A stretch of DNA of 64,000 nt from Bispira polyomma. Taxonomy: Eukaryota. Shown in pieces: positions 62,701-64,000 of this stretch. The stretch is taken from assembly GCA_965649765.1 (NCBI GenBank), contig OZ287755.1, forward strand, positions 54,498,001 through 54,562,000, in the 5' to 3' direction. Below the pieces are notes generated by a model. The model saw only the letters and a program-made list of their open reading frames with translations, made no database searches and was not told the origin of the DNA. The position numbers and the translations under genes are program-made. How positions within the stretch are numbered: the stretch's first letter is position 1; every line of letters starts with the position of its first letter.

Positions 62701-64000
62701 ATTTTTAACACTTTGGGTTGATCGAGCTGAAGCTCTCTTGTCTGATCTTATAGCACATAACTTATTTCAATTCCAACAAACTCCTGCTTTGACTTTTTTC
62801 CACAACAAAATGCTTGTAATAAATTTTATCCTAACATATTACTTGAAATAACCTTTCACTCCCCCCGACATCAATGAATATAGTTCTATAAACAATTCAA
62901 CACATACAACTTTCACATAGCCTTTTTATTTCAATACAGTACTTATAGTTTCCTTTCAACAAAAGTGACAGGCAACGATCTCCTTGAGACGTATTTAGGA
63001 AAGGTCTTCAGTCTTCAGCTCAGTGTAATCATAAAACATCTTTATGTAAAAGACCAAACTCTGACTACTTAACCAAATCAATTAAACATGGCCTGAAATC
63101 GAGTAACAAGTACTAAGCTTCAAATTTCAAAAGTAGACCAACAAACAATGAAATAAATGAATAAAACTTATTTTCATGTGAGCAAATAGAAAAAGTTTGA
63201 TAATCGTTTGCAATAAAGAGACTTAACTTGTGAAAACATCTGGGGCCGTATTGACAAAGGTCTTAGTCTTCACCTAACCTCAATGTCTAAAACTTTTAAG
63301 ATTGCCTCGTGTTAGTGTTAACATTAAGCAAAGATATTTCCTTACTGTCACAGGGACTAATACCAAAACCTTTTCAGTCAAAAGACTAAATAATGAATAC
63401 GGACCCTGGTTTGTTAAGTTAATTACGGCCATCAGAACAAATAATGTCAATCCATACAGTGAATAGTGTGTCATCCCTGCAATAAAATTATTTCTCTAGC
63501 ACTCTTTCTAAATAAATAGCTTAGAATGCTGAACAACATAAATATAAATATATATGTAGATAGCAGTGAAAAAATTTAGTGAAAGTTTTGTATGTATTTT
63601 GTGTGTACAGTTTATGTCCCAAATGACATAAATGCCTTTCTATGTTATGAGCCTTCTATTAACTGAACTATTTCTCTTCCAACATGTTCTAATAATAGAG
63701 GTTCTACTACAAGTCTGCATGGGTGATAATCAATGCAAATCACATACTATGCTGTACTGTCACTCGCTGGAGTATATTTTTCGGTGAATAGCGCCCATGT
63801 TTGCAGACCAAGCACCGATAAATATCAACATACATTTCTCAAAGATTCAACAACTTACTAATAAACAAGAAACTTCTCTCACCTTATCAGTCACAAATAA
63901 CAAGAATATTTCCTGTTTTAACATATTCTTCCCACTTCACTTCATCAGAAAAAAACCAAAAAAACATTGCCATAAATTAGTACACAATAATATAGTTATG

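Overview
AT-rich, repeat-rich eukaryotic (animal) DNA; a mollusc or other marine invertebrate is my inference from the repeat types. Most of the window lies within the 5' half of one large minus-strand, intron-containing gene. Five canonical-splice exons (25448-25582, 23571-23705, 21696-21881, 20471-20567, 9858-9974) join in frame into the N-terminal coiled coil of a RIMS-binding protein (RIMBP2/TSPOAP1 family). The SH3/FN3 exons were not seen and presumably lie left of position 1. Upstream, five unrelated ATG-initiated ORFs of 54 to 1486 codons each end in a phase-0 GT donor matching the first common exon, which suggests an array of alternative N-terminal exons. Three of these carry RFX X-box-like palindromes, and the largest has an internal 56-aa repeat and an AKAP-like helix. 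The introns hold tRNA-derived SINEs (one nested in another), a 5'-truncated LINE with a 12-bp TSD, two Helentron/HINE-like elements carrying tandem arrays, and MITEs of several superfamilies. All homology calls are from recall, not database searches.
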